A stretch of DNA of 64,000 bases from Candidatus Omnitrophota bacterium (GTDB lineage Bacteria > Omnitrophota > Gorgyraeia > JAFGHF01): contig CP070837.1 of assembly GCA_020341815.1 (NCBI GenBank), forward strand, positions 8,034 through 72,033, read 5' to 3'. The translations under genes and the position numbers were made by a program. The notes under the pieces were generated by a model. That model did no database searches and was not told where the DNA came from. It was given only the letters and a program-made list of their open reading frames with translations. Each line of letters opens with the position of its first letter. Positions within the stretch are counted from its first letter, which is position 1. Positions 9,025-18,109 of this stretch are shown piece by piece.

Positions 9025-10117
9025 ATCCTCCTTCGTCTTGCGGAGTGAGAGCGAGCTTATGCTGCGTCTTCAACTCCTCAATCTTGTTTAAGGGCTTCTC
9101 AAGCTGCCTCTTGCGGGTTGTGGTCAGGGCCTCATATTCCTTCTGGGTATCCTCGATGCGCTTACCCAAAACCTGAAGTTTATCTGAAAACTGCTTCCAT
9201 TGCTTCTTGAAAACAGCTAATAAGGAAAGTACCTCATTGGAAGTCTTCTCCAAGGCAAAATTATCCACCGCCTGGCGGATAATAGCTAAAACCGCAAATA
9301 AAGTTATCGGCGAACAAAAGACAACCTTATTTTTTATTCCCTCATCTAAAATCGAGCTGTCCTGCTCATGTATAAAAGCATAAATCTGTTCATTGGGAAT
9401 AAATAAGAGCACATAATCCACGGTGTTCTGCTCCGGATTGATATATTCGCGCGTGGTTACCTCTTTAATCCTGGAGCGCACATCCCTTAAGAAGTCATTA
9501 CGCAATTTTGTCTTTTCCTGAGCTGAATCAACTTCAAGGAATTTCACATAGTTATCCAGGGGAAACTTGACATCCATATTCATCTTCAGTTTGCGCGGCA
9601 GAAGAAAGGTAAAGTCAGGGCGGCTGCCCGGACCCTCAATGGCCTTTTGCTTTTGATAATTGATATTCTCCACAAAGCCTGCCAGGCGCAGGACATCCTC
9701 AGCCATACGCTCACCCCACTGACCTCTTGCCTTTGTACTGGCTAAGGCCTGGCGCAAGCTATCTGTGGTCTGGGCAAGCGCCTGTGTCTGCTCACCTGCC
9801 GTTTTTAACTGGCTGGTGAGTTCCCCGAATTTCTGCTCCCTGTCCTTTTCCAGCTTCTTGATCAGCTCAGAGACGCCCTCTAATTCCGAGCCCATCCTCT
9901 CTAATTGCTGATCAATCAGGCCCTTCTTATTGTCTAATTCCTTAATAGATAATTCTCTTTCCGAACTCAGTTTCTCTTTGGCCAATCCGATAATCGTCTC
10001 GATATTTTCCCTGCGCAGGGCATCATTTTCCCGGCGCATCCACTTCAAGGCCAAAGTAGCCCCCATGCCCAGAATAAAACCAAGCAAAACTATTCCCACA
10101 ACCGCCAGCCAGCTCAT
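9014..10117 (-). CDS. rmuC: DNA recombination protein RmuC
   Basis: N-terminal TM, long coiled coil, C-terminal QWGERMAEDVLRLAGF...MDVKFPL signature. Confidence 0.85.
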   Translation of the reverse strand: MSWLAVVGIVLLGFILGMGATLALKWMRRENDALRRENIETIIGLAKEKLSSERELSIKELDNKKGLIDQQLERMGSELEGVSELIKKLEKDREQKFGELTSQLKTAGEQTQALAQTTDSLRQALASTKARGQWGERMAEDVLRLAGFVENINYQKQKAIEGPGSRPDFTFLLPRKLKMNMDVKFPLDNYVKFLEVDSAQEKTKLRNDFLRDVRSRIKEVTTREYINPEQNTVDYVLLFIPNEQIYAFIHEQDSSILDEGIKNKVVFCSPITLFAVLAIIRQAVDNFALEKTSNEVLSLLAVFKKQWKQFSDKLQVLGKRIEDTQKEYEALTTTRKRQLEKPLNKIEELKTQHKLALTPQDEGGYDE

Positions 10118-10138
10118 AACTGCTCCTACTTTTGATAT

Positions 10139-10282
10139 TTATTGAACCGAAACTCTTTTAACTTTACCCTTTTCCCAGACAACAAGAGGCCGTCCAGATT
10201 TCTTATGGCGCTCTACTACTTCTTTCACAGCTTCTCTCAAAGCAAGCATTGCTTTATCTTGTAATGATTTTCGTGTTTTCAT
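10139..10282 (-). CDS. 47-aa ORF translationally coupled downstream of the zeta-like kinase (MKTRKSLQDKAMLALREAVKEVVERHKKSGRPLVVWEKGKVKRVSVQ)
   Basis: ATG 3 nt after the stop of the upstream gene; below the ORF-track length cutoff. Confidence 0.35.
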   Translation of the reverse strand: MKTRKSLQDKAMLALREAVKEVVERHKKSGRPLVVWEKGKVKRVSVQ

Positions 10283-10285
10283 ATT

Positions 10286-10861
10286 CTACCTCATCAATGC
10301 TTCTATCTGTTCAAACAATTGCTGATCGGTAATAATAATTTGACCATTTTTCGTTTTTGCTATCAATGCAGGAATAGACCCTGCATTATTGAATAACATC
10401 CAAGAATTCAACAAAGGCTGATATAGTTTGAAAAAATTACATATTGATCTTTTAAAGCGTCTGCGCACATCTTGAACAGGAACGTTATGGCCGCCTTCTG
10501 CAACTCTATCTTTAATGCGAAATATAGCAAGCTCTGCATTTGGAATCCATAAAAAGAAAAGATGCAGTTTATATCCTTTTCTCTTTAGTTCTTTAAACAG
10601 ATTAACATAAGATTTGCCTGCGAGCGTTGATTCAAAGGCAAAATTAACTCTGGAATTGGCAAATTCATGAATCTGTTGCAAAACAAGTTTTCCTGCTTTT
10701 ATAGCTACAGCTTGCGGAGAAAATGGCGAAAGTCCTTGTGCGATTAAATCTGCATTCACAAAATTTGGGCATTTGACATAATCGGGTAGGAATTTTTTTG
10801 CAAAAGTCGTTTTTCCTGATCCATTAGGCCCTGCTATTATATAAGCATTTCTATTTTCCAT
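10286..10861 (-). CDS. zeta-toxin-like / AAA_33 P-loop kinase
   Basis: Walker A GPNGSGKTT within 15 aa of the N-terminus, about 190 aa; locally AT-rich. Confidence 0.6.
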   Translation of the reverse strand: MENRNAYIIAGPNGSGKTTFAKKFLPDYVKCPNFVNADLIAQGLSPFSPQAVAIKAGKLVLQQIHEFANSRVNFAFESTLAGKSYVNLFKELKRKGYKLHLFFLWIPNAELAIFRIKDRVAEGGHNVPVQDVRRRFKRSICNFFKLYQPLLNSWMLFNNAGSIPALIAKTKNGQIIITDQQLFEQIEALMR

Positions 10862-10893
10862 AGGTTATATTATTCTATTTTTCCAAAGTTTCG

Positions 10894-11292
10894 CTAAACT
10901 ATGCTTTGATTCTTATCAATACAAACACGCACTTTCTCAGGAATAGCCACAGGCGCAAATGAAGTATTAATACAAACAAGTATGACTTTTGCACTAACAA
11001 GAAGCTTATCCGCCCTGCGCACTTCCTGCAGAAACACTAAAGAGGCGTTTTTTATCTTCTCTATTTCGGTGACAATTTCAAGAACATCTCCATAATGGGC
11101 AGGTGCTTTATAGCTTATGGATACATCTCGCACTACAAAGCTAATTCCTTCCTCATCCAGCTTCTTTAAATCCAGGCCCTTTTCCCGCAAATATTCTGTG
11201 CGCCCTTCTTCCAGGTAATTAAGATAATTGGCGTAATAAACCACCCCTCCGGAATCAGTATCGTGATAATAAATCCTCTTATTAATCTTCAC
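10894..11292 (-). CDS. acyl-CoA thioesterase, YbgC/4HBT family
   Basis: YYHDTD...GVVYYANYLNYLEEGR hot-dog fold motif. Confidence 0.8.
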   Translation of the reverse strand: MKINKRIYYHDTDSGGVVYYANYLNYLEEGRTEYLREKGLDLKKLDEEGISFVVRDVSISYKAPAHYGDVLEIVTEIEKIKNASLVFLQEVRRADKLLVSAKVILVCINTSFAPVAIPEKVRVCIDKNQSIV

Positions 11293-11318
11293 GCCTTAGG
11301 CCTCTGCTTTGAAAACTG

Positions 11319-11495
11319 CTACCGCATCAAATCGGCAAGCTTTTCTTCAATCAATTTTTTATGTTTTTGCTCTTCCGTAAGCAAATCCGAGAGAAGATCT
11401 TTTAATTCCGGGTGATTAGCCGATAATCTCTGATATAATTCTATCGACTGCTCTTCTTTGGACAAAGCCAATTTCAAAGCCTCTGTTGGGACCAT
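11319..11495 (-). CDS. 58-aa ORF, possibly ferritin/rubrerythrin-like helix pair (MVPTEALKLALSKEEQSIELYQRLS...)
   Basis: Manual translation; short; located between the thioesterase and tRNA-His. Confidence 0.25.
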   Translation of the reverse strand: MVPTEALKLALSKEEQSIELYQRLSANHPELKDLLSDLLTEEQKHKKLIEEKLADLMR

Positions 11496-11516
11496 TTTGC
11501 CCCCTTCTTTTTAATC

Positions 11517-11590
11517 TGGGGTGGCTAACGGGATTTGAACCCGCTCTAAGAGAACCACAATCTCTCGTGCTGCCAATACACCATAGCCAC
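11517..11590 (-). tRNA. tRNA-His(GUG) with encoded G-1 and CCA
   Basis: Cloverleaf read by eye: 8-bp acceptor with extra 5' G, anticodon loop TTGTGGT, T-loop GGTTCAAATCC, 3' CCA. Confidence 0.8.
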
Positions 11591-11605
11591 CATATTTTTG
11601 ACTAT

Positions 11606-12310
11606 TTATTGTCCTATATTTGCTGCTTCCTCATATGTATCTACTTTTAATAAAGAATGTAAATTCAAAGCAGCCCAAACGGGGATATCCATCTTGATTT
11701 CTGATATCTCACCCTTTTCTCTTCTTCTGACCAGCTCTTCATAGTGTTTAATGCTTCTTCCAAAGAGCTTGTCTAAATATTTTATCAGGCTCCGGCGCTC
11801 TTGATCGGAAATAATAAACGGCAACTCTCCTTGAGGATTGTCCGACTCTGCCGGTTCAATAATCACCCAAACAGCCAGACTGCTGGTCTTTAGCGTATTA
11901 TTCCAGGCCTCACCCTGCTCCCGGGCATATTTGGAAAAAAGAGAAAGATACGCCTCTCTCGGCGGCCTATTTAAAGTCTTTATTAATTTTCCGGCAGCAG
12001 TTTCTATATTGGAAATATCCGCATATATCCCCCTTGCGGTTGCCCTGATTGCCTTATCTCTGCTCTCCAGCCAATCTTTCATAAACTCCTTCGCCTTTTG
12101 CAAACGGGGGACTTGATTGTTTAGATTGCCTAGAAGCTTTTCATATTCTACACCCTCAATACTGTAACGGGCAGCCAATTCCAGTCTATAGAGACAATTA
12201 ATCAAATCGTGCATAAACCGGTAATTCTCTGAATTTCTGGCTGCAAAGGCATTACTGGCAGACAATAAACTAAAAGCGAGGAATAATGAAATTAGCTTAT
12301 TTTTCATCAC
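11606..12310 (-). CDS. secreted hypothetical protein
   Basis: Signal peptide MMKNKLISLFLAFSLLSASNAFA; no recognisable domain. Confidence 0.45.
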   Translation of the reverse strand: MMKNKLISLFLAFSLLSASNAFAARNSENYRFMHDLINCLYRLELAARYSIEGVEYEKLLGNLNNQVPRLQKAKEFMKDWLESRDKAIRATARGIYADISNIETAAGKLIKTLNRPPREAYLSLFSKYAREQGEAWNNTLKTSSLAVWVIIEPAESDNPQGELPFIISDQERRSLIKYLDKLFGRSIKHYEELVRRREKGEISEIKMDIPVWAALNLHSLLKVDTYEEAANIGQ

Positions 12311-12334
12311 TTCACCCCCTTTTTTTCTTAAAAA

Positions 12335-12571
12335 GATGGCGTCCCCGGCACGATGCCTTCAATTCTGATAGATTATATCTTCCGTGGATACGCATTGTTT
12401 GCTCCCCGTTATTATACCAGAAAACGGCTGTCTGTAAAGGGCTATTTTGGCCTGCTTCTTTCCCGGATATACGACTATGCCCGCAACAAATGTCCTGATA
12501 AACTCCTTCTTTCTTTCCGGCTCTCCATAGCCTAATATACCCTTGAAATCATCTAAATAAGACAACATCTT
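12335..12571. repeat. 237-bp direct repeat copy 1 (att core gatggcgtccccgg plus recombinase 3' fragment)
   Basis: About 96% identical to 15744-15980. First 14 nt identical to the 3' end of tRNA-Arg at 26032-26045. Confidence 0.9.
12359..12568 (-). pseudogene. C-terminal 69-codon remnant of a large serine recombinase
   Basis: Translation MLSYLDDFKGILGYGEPERKKEFIRTFVAGIVVYPGKKQAKIALYRQPFSG... matches the last 69 aa of the recombinase at 15768-17405 with about 5 substitutions. Confidence 0.85.
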
Positions 12572-12598
12572 ATAAATAAAGAAGTTACAACGGAAAAC

Positions 12599-15433
12599 CT
12601 ATTCCTCGTAAAATATAACTTTTAATCGTATTCGATTTAAATCAATACCGCCAACATTTTCAGGCACCTGCCGGGTCATCGGACTACTGGTGTTAGCTTG
12701 CTGTGGGATTATAGGACTGCTGGGAGCTAACCCTTTTTCTTTGTCTCTTCCAGCCAATTCCATAAGCTTAGGTAATAGCTCTTTGGCTTTGAATCGGCCT
12801 AAACTTCCCTTTTTTGCTTCCTTTTCGGTAAAAATAGTGGTTATATCCGGCTCAATATCGTCAATGATTAATACTGGAACCGGATCACCGCTGTGGCTCA
12901 TTGTTGCAGTGGCGGTTGTATGATCAGCAGTAATCACAACTACTACATCATCTAATGCTTTGCTCTTTAACAAAGGACCAAAAAAGTGTTCATCAATAAG
13001 CTGAGTCACATTTACTTTTCCCTGAGCATCTCCTTTATGTCCAAATGGATCGGGACCTTTCAAATGAACGTAGAGACCGTCACTTTTTTTCAGTTGATCT
13101 TCCACTATTTGTGCAGTTTCTTTATATTCCCGAGGCAAGTCAGCTACATATCTAGGCATTTGAACTAAATTCATTCCGGCAAGTAAACCTATACCTCTTT
13201 CAACCGGCATTTGCTGTACCATTGTCCAGTTCATTCCTCCGGTTTTCTCAGAAAGCGATTTAAGAAACACATCTTTTACGCTGGGGCCGCGAAGAAGGAT
13301 TAAATTTACTGGTACACGGCCTGTTGCTCTGCGTTTTTTATTTATTTCAGAATTATCCATAATTGTGAAGATCTTTTCTACGGCCTCATTTACCAATTTA
13401 CTCAATAGCTGTGTCTTCTCTGTAGGATCTAATCTTGGTTTTACTTTTTGCACTTCATACTTGAAGCTTCCTTCAGGCAAAGATTCAGATGCGTTCTTGC
13501 TGATTTTTTTATACCGGGGGCTTGCATTGGTAACGTCAACGTCCTCAAGAGTATTAAATTTAACTGTAGGAATCCTTATGATTATTACTCCTCGATATTC
13601 TTTAGTAGCGTAAACATAAGCTTTTGCGTTGGAATAAGAAGTTAATTCAAGATTATTATTGATTTCAGCAGCGATTTCTTCAGCCTCTTCTTGAGTTAAA
13701 TCTTTTTGTGCCCGAGGATCTTCGATTTTCAGTAATTCACCTTCCTTATGTCCTGTTCCAAAGTTTAGGCGAAATACAGCATCACCCTCTTGAACATCAG
13801 CGTCAATACCTAAAGCTTCAATTATTCCTCTTCCTGGATAGTCTATATCAGGATCGTAATTCAACATAGCCATCACTGAAGGGTCTGATTCTGGAGCAAA
13901 TCCAGGTTTGATTGGGTCCATCTGCCCCATAGCTCCCTGTTGCACTAACCGAGTTAGATTAGGTAAATTTGCATATTCCAAAGGAGTTTTGCCTCCGAAT
14001 TCTTTAATTCCATATTCTCCGTCACTTACCCCGTCTAAAACAAAATAAACAATCTTTTTCTTTTGGACAAAGCTTTGGTCTTTCACGGGTGAACTCAAAT
14101 TTTCTAATTCTTCTACGCTGTCATAATTAAACCTCTCCGGATTCACGGCGAAACGACTATACGCAAGTGTAATTTCCTCATGTGAAGCCAGACTGGAAAC
14201 TGGGCTCAGTTGCATACCTTCTAGTCCAATGCCTGTTTCATCTGTGATTATCTTCGCATACCATTGTTTACCAAAGGGATCGGCTGCTGTATTAGCAGGG
14301 CTTGATATTGTCTCTACCTTTTTGAATTTAGTACCAGCGAGTATCCCCCCTGAAAAATAATGCTTCTTGGCCATATCAAATTGATAGGGGTCGTATTCCT
14401 GCTGGTAAAAGGAATATTCGCCTTCCTTGTAGGATTTGACATAGGAATCGAAGAAGTCTCTTTTGTTCCAGGGGGTTCTGGAATGAAGCCCGCTGAGGCG
14501 GCCTTGATTGATGTGGTAGTCATACATGGTGCCCTTGCCCCAGTATTTCTGCTTGAAATATTCGGCTAAGATAAGAGAGTAGTATACCTCTCTGATGGGG
14601 GCATAACGCTTTGAATAGTTGACATCGTGCTCTATGACAGGGACGATTACTTCCTTCATTGCAGAGATGGCACAATTTTGAAGGAGCTTCTCCTGTGGGC
14701 TTTGAGTTGAGGTAAGCAGAAGGCCTGCATTGTGTTGTTCTAGGTATTCTGCCTCCAGGCAGACCTTAAGGCTGGCGCTGATAATGTTGACTCTGTCGGT
14801 TCCTCTTTCCTGTAAGATGGCCTCATTAGGCACAATCCAGAGACGGGATAAAGGAAGCGTCTTGAGGTTACTTATGCCGTTTTCTGTAAGGTTTTGCCTT
14901 AATTTGGCCCAGTATCTCTGGCCTATGGGGGTACGGGGATCGGTAAAGCGGGCAGCGTCTTTTTTAAGTTTGAGGTCGGTCTCCAGAAGGACCTTCCCCA
15001 TATCGGTAGCGGTAAGCCGGGGGCTGGCAATCTTATCCGGCTGGACAGGGTTAAGGTTGACCCAGAAGTCTTCCGAAGGTAAGACAAGGCCTAAGAAGAA
15101 GTAGTTGATTAAATCTCTGGCCTTTTGTCGTAATTGTAGGGACAGGGCTGGGCCCTGTCCATTATTGCCCTCATCCAGAACAAAGTCAAAGTAGTTTGAC
15201 TTAGACTGAGGGTTGATGATAAGGCTCCTTAGGACAGGTGGATAGTATTTATCGGTTCTTGCTTCTGAATTGGCAAGAGAGACGGATTTATCCGCAGAAT
15301 AGCTTGATGAGTCCTTGTTCCTTAGGCTGGCACAGAGTAATAAGACGCTAAAGGCTATAAAGAGTACTCCGATTATGCTACAGAGCCATATCCAGAATCT
15401 GTTTTCTTTTACGTTATGTCTTTTCTTTTTCAT
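12599..15433 (-). CDS. membrane-anchored fusion protein: novel roughly 460-aa N-terminal extracytoplasmic domain plus C-terminal ApgM-like cofactor-independent phosphoglycerate mutase / metalloenzyme (alkaline phosphatase superfamily) domain
   Basis: One TM (FWIWLCSIIGVLFIAFSVLLL). C-terminal half has IVYFVLDGVSDG...GGKTPLEYANLPNLTRL...DPSVMAMLNYDP...RLNFGTGHKEG...ITADHTTATATMSHSGDPVP, the ApgM/PF01676 pattern. Start set at M24 (ATG 15433) behind an AGGAG RBS. Confidence 0.65.
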   Translation of the reverse strand: MKKKRHNVKENRFWIWLCSIIGVLFIAFSVLLLCASLRNKDSSSYSADKSVSLANSEARTDKYYPPVLRSLIINPQSKSNYFDFVLDEGNNGQGPALSLQLRQKARDLINYFFLGLVLPSEDFWVNLNPVQPDKIASPRLTATDMGKVLLETDLKLKKDAARFTDPRTPIGQRYWAKLRQNLTENGISNLKTLPLSRLWIVPNEAILQERGTDRVNIISASLKVCLEAEYLEQHNAGLLLTSTQSPQEKLLQNCAISAMKEVIVPVIEHDVNYSKRYAPIREVYYSLILAEYFKQKYWGKGTMYDYHINQGRLSGLHSRTPWNKRDFFDSYVKSYKEGEYSFYQQEYDPYQFDMAKKHYFSGGILAGTKFKKVETISSPANTAADPFGKQWYAKIITDETGIGLEGMQLSPVSSLASHEEITLAYSRFAVNPERFNYDSVEELENLSSPVKDQSFVQKKKIVYFVLDGVSDGEYGIKEFGGKTPLEYANLPNLTRLVQQGAMGQMDPIKPGFAPESDPSVMAMLNYDPDIDYPGRGIIEALGIDADVQEGDAVFRLNFGTGHKEGELLKIEDPRAQKDLTQEEAEEIAAEINNNLELTSYSNAKAYVYATKEYRGVIIIRIPTVKFNTLEDVDVTNASPRYKKISKNASESLPEGSFKYEVQKVKPRLDPTEKTQLLSKLVNEAVEKIFTIMDNSEINKKRRATGRVPVNLILLRGPSVKDVFLKSLSEKTGGMNWTMVQQMPVERGIGLLAGMNLVQMPRYVADLPREYKETAQIVEDQLKKSDGLYVHLKGPDPFGHKGDAQGKVNVTQLIDEHFFGPLLKSKALDDVVVVITADHTTATATMSHSGDPVPVLIIDDIEPDITTIFTEKEAKKGSLGRFKAKELLPKLMELAGRDKEKGLAPSSPIIPQQANTSSPMTRQVPENVGGIDLNRIRLKVIFYEE

Positions 15434-15661
15434 CAAGTCTTCTCCTTTTAAGAATTTTCCATACGCGCTTAAATAAAAAAGCCGGTAAAGTCTATAGTTC
15501 ATCTATAAACTTCGCCAGCCCCTCTCTTAAGTTGCAAAATAATTCGCATACTCCCTATTCCTATTGAGTAATTATAATAGCACAATAAGAGACAAAAATA
15601 AAGATTAATTATTATTTAGCTAATACTTTACTCCAATGATATATGATGGTGGGGCGTAAAA

Positions 15662-15695
15662 TAAAAAGGCGGGACATTTTTGTCCCGCCTTTTTA
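15662..15695. terminator. bidirectional rho-independent terminator
   Basis: AAAAAGGCGGGACATTTTTGTCCCGCCTTTTT: 8-bp GC stem flanked by A-run and T-run. Confidence 0.7.
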
Positions 15696-15743
15696 GAATC
15701 CGTAACCTCTTATAAATATTTATGTTACAAGAGTATGCGAATT

Positions 15744-15980
15744 GATGGCGTCCCCGGCACGATGCCTTCAATTCTGATAGATTATATCTTCCGTGGATAC
15801 GCATTGTTTACTCCCCGCTATTATACCAGAAAACGGCTGTCTGTAAAGGGCTATTTTGGCCTGCCTCTTCTCTGGATATACGACTATGCCCGCAACAAAT
15901 GTCCTGACAAACTCCTTCTTCCTCTCCGGCTCTCCATAGCCTAATATACCCTTGAAATCATCTAAATAAGACAACATCTT
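15744..15980. repeat. 237-bp direct repeat copy 2 (att core plus intact recombinase 3' end)
   Basis: See copy 1. Preceded by cgaatt, matching the cgaatc flank of the tRNA-Arg 3' end. Confidence 0.9.
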
Positions 15981-17405
15981 CCCTACCGCCTTATCTGCAT
16001 GGCCGTTATGGACCTTTGTTGTAAGACGGCCTTTCTCCTGATATAACTGCTGCCTTTGAAACACATATTTATTGATGATATTTACAGCGCTATCAAGCTC
16101 TATGCCCTTCTCAATGGCCTTTTTCCAGTTTTCTATCTTTAAGGATACCTCTTTTATCTCCTGATCTAACTCGCAGAGCCTCGTATCTGACCTATTTTCC
16201 GCAATTTTGACTATTTTAAGCAGTTCTTCTTTTAATTCCTTCCGCCAGGCAGAATTGTCTATCTTATTCTGTATGTAGCTTATAACAAACTCCTCAAGCT
16301 TATCTGCATCTATATCCCATCTAATACAGGCATTATTGCCATACATATTATAGCCGCCGCATCGATACCTTCTGGCTACTCTGTCTTTTCTTTTATAGCG
16401 GCTGCCCTGGAAATTAGAGCCGCACTTGCCGCATTTCATTATTCCGGTCAAAAGATAATTACTTCCCGGCCTTGTCCCGCAAGACAAGAACCTTCCGCCT
16501 ACAAAGGCCTGTCTTGTCCTGGCCTGAATCAATTCCCAAAGTTCCATGGAAATTATCGGCTGATGAGAGTTTTCTACGACAACCCACTTATCTTTAGGGT
16601 TATATTTGTGCTTGCCGTTTCGTTTATGTATATTTTCCCGGTTATACACTAAGGTTCCAATATAAACATCATTATGCAATATCCGCCAAAGGGATGATTT
16701 TGTCCACTTTTTGCCTCTTGGAGGCGCATAAGGACTTTGGTTAAGATATTCTACAATAGAGCGCACGGATAACCCCTGCTTGGCGAACATTACAAATATA
16801 GTCTTAATAACTTTAGCCTGCTGTTTATTTACGACAAGCTTTATTTTCTGGCCCTTTATGCCCTTTTCTTTGCCTTCCGGCAGAACCTCGCCTATTTTTC
16901 CGCCTTCAACAAGAGCTCTATTATAGCCGTAAGGGGGCCTCCCGCCCATCCAAAAGCCCTGTTTCGCATTATATATCTTACCTCTTAGCGTCTGCCGCCT
17001 GATATTCTTTAGATATTCTGAGGCCTCTGCGCTTTTCACAAAGTTGGTTATTGAAGTTCCTATACTGTCTTCTTTAAAACCTTCCGAGACAAAAACGACT
17101 TTCTTATCTGCTCTTTCAACTTCTACTTCCCAATAGACAGCTTCTTTGGGATTAGTGAACCTGCCCCATCTGGAGATATCATATACAAGTACATATTGAA
17201 AATCATCCTTTAATTTACAGCATTCTATCATTTTGCGAAACTGCGGGCGGCCTTCCACATTTTCGCCGCAGGCCTCTTCCGCAAAAAACTCTATCACTTT
17301 AATAGAATGCTGCTTTGCAAACAGCAATATCTTCTCTTTCTGCTGTTCTAAAGATGTCTCCTGTAAGTCAGTCGATTTTCTCAAGTAGGCAATGGCTTGC
17401 TTCAT
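15768..17405 (-). CDS. large serine recombinase (resolvase N-domain, recombinase domain, zinc ribbon, coiled coil)
   Basis: YLRKSTDLQ catalytic Ser motif, DISRWGR, GGRPPYGY, CGKCGSNF...RYRCGG zinc ribbon; 545 aa. Confidence 0.85.
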   Translation of the reverse strand: MKQAIAYLRKSTDLQETSLEQQKEKILLFAKQHSIKVIEFFAEEACGENVEGRPQFRKMIECCKLKDDFQYVLVYDISRWGRFTNPKEAVYWEVEVERADKKVVFVSEGFKEDSIGTSITNFVKSAEASEYLKNIRRQTLRGKIYNAKQGFWMGGRPPYGYNRALVEGGKIGEVLPEGKEKGIKGQKIKLVVNKQQAKVIKTIFVMFAKQGLSVRSIVEYLNQSPYAPPRGKKWTKSSLWRILHNDVYIGTLVYNRENIHKRNGKHKYNPKDKWVVVENSHQPIISMELWELIQARTRQAFVGGRFLSCGTRPGSNYLLTGIMKCGKCGSNFQGSRYKRKDRVARRYRCGGYNMYGNNACIRWDIDADKLEEFVISYIQNKIDNSAWRKELKEELLKIVKIAENRSDTRLCELDQEIKEVSLKIENWKKAIEKGIELDSAVNIINKYVFQRQQLYQEKGRLTTKVHNGHADKAVGKMLSYLDDFKGILGYGEPERKKEFVRTFVAGIVVYPEKRQAKIALYRQPFSGIIAGSKQCVSTEDIIYQN

Positions 17406-17545
17406 TAAGCTGTAACTTTCTCCCTTTCAATGACTACTCTTTTATCCTTCTGCTCTTCAAAATACTTGCTGAACATACACTCAATAATAAACTGGTTGAT
17501 TCTTTTTCCTGCTTCCGGCGGCTTCTTCTTTTCCTTGCTCTCCAT
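17405..17545 (-). CDS. 46-aa ORF overlapping the recombinase start (TAATG), possible recombination directionality / regulatory factor
   Basis: MESKEKKKPPEAGKRINQFIIECMFSKYFEEQKDKRVVIEREKVTA, AGGAG RBS upstream; below the ORF-track cutoff. Confidence 0.3.
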   Translation of the reverse strand: MESKEKKKPPEAGKRINQFIIECMFSKYFEEQKDKRVVIEREKVTA

Positions 17546-17562
17546 ACCAGGCTCTCCTTCCT

Positions 17563-17769
17563 TTACCTAACCAGATCCTTGCAACTAACGCCAAGGGCTT
17601 TGGCAAGCTCAAAAAGAGTTGTCAAATACATATTGACCCTGCCGTGTTCCACCCGGCTTATATATCCCCGGCTCAACTTGGCCTTTTTAGCCAGCTGCGC
17701 CTGTGTCAGCTTCTTCTCTGAGCGGTAATAGCGTATATTGTCCCCTATCTTCCTTCTCAGCTCTGACAT
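17563..17769 (-). CDS. XRE-family HTH transcriptional regulator
   Basis: LTQAQLAKKAKLSRGYISRVEHG HTH motif; start trimmed to M18. Confidence 0.75.
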   Translation of the reverse strand: MSELRRKIGDNIRYYRSEKKLTQAQLAKKAKLSRGYISRVEHGRVNMYLTTLFELAKALGVSCKDLVR

Positions 17770-17826
17770 AATACCTTTCCTCCTTTCATCAGTAATTACA
17801 TATGTAATGTTTGAGCACAAAAAAAT

Positions 17827-18021
17827 TTACCAGGTAATTCCCAGCGCCTTTATCTCCTTTATAGTCCTCTCCTGTTTTGGCACTGCCATCCCTAATTCCC
17901 ACCGCGCAATTGTAGTAACAGTTACAACTAATTTTCGCGCAAGTTCTTGTTGCGTCAAATCGCGTTCCTCTCTGTATCTTTTTATTGCCCGGCTAAATTT
18001 TTGCTTATCAATGGTCGTCAT
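17827..18021 (-). CDS. XRE-family HTH transcriptional regulator
   Basis: LTQQELARKLVVTVTTIARWELG HTH motif; 64 aa. Confidence 0.75.
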   Translation of the reverse strand: MTTIDKQKFSRAIKRYREERDLTQQELARKLVVTVTTIARWELGMAVPKQERTIKEIKALGITW

Positions 18022-18109
18022 CTTCTTCCTTTAATTCTTAAAGATAGCTTATCATATGTAATTACCCTTGTCAAGTGGTTTTTTTAAAGAATTTCTTTGG
18101 GAGAAAGCT

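Noticed and set aside
12335-15980. Interpreting the 237-bp repeats as the footprint of a tyrosine integrase or a simple tandem duplication
   Set aside because: No tyrosine integrase is present, and the only recombinase is serine-type and ends 10 bp from the att copy. The 3-4% divergence between copies argues against a recent duplication.
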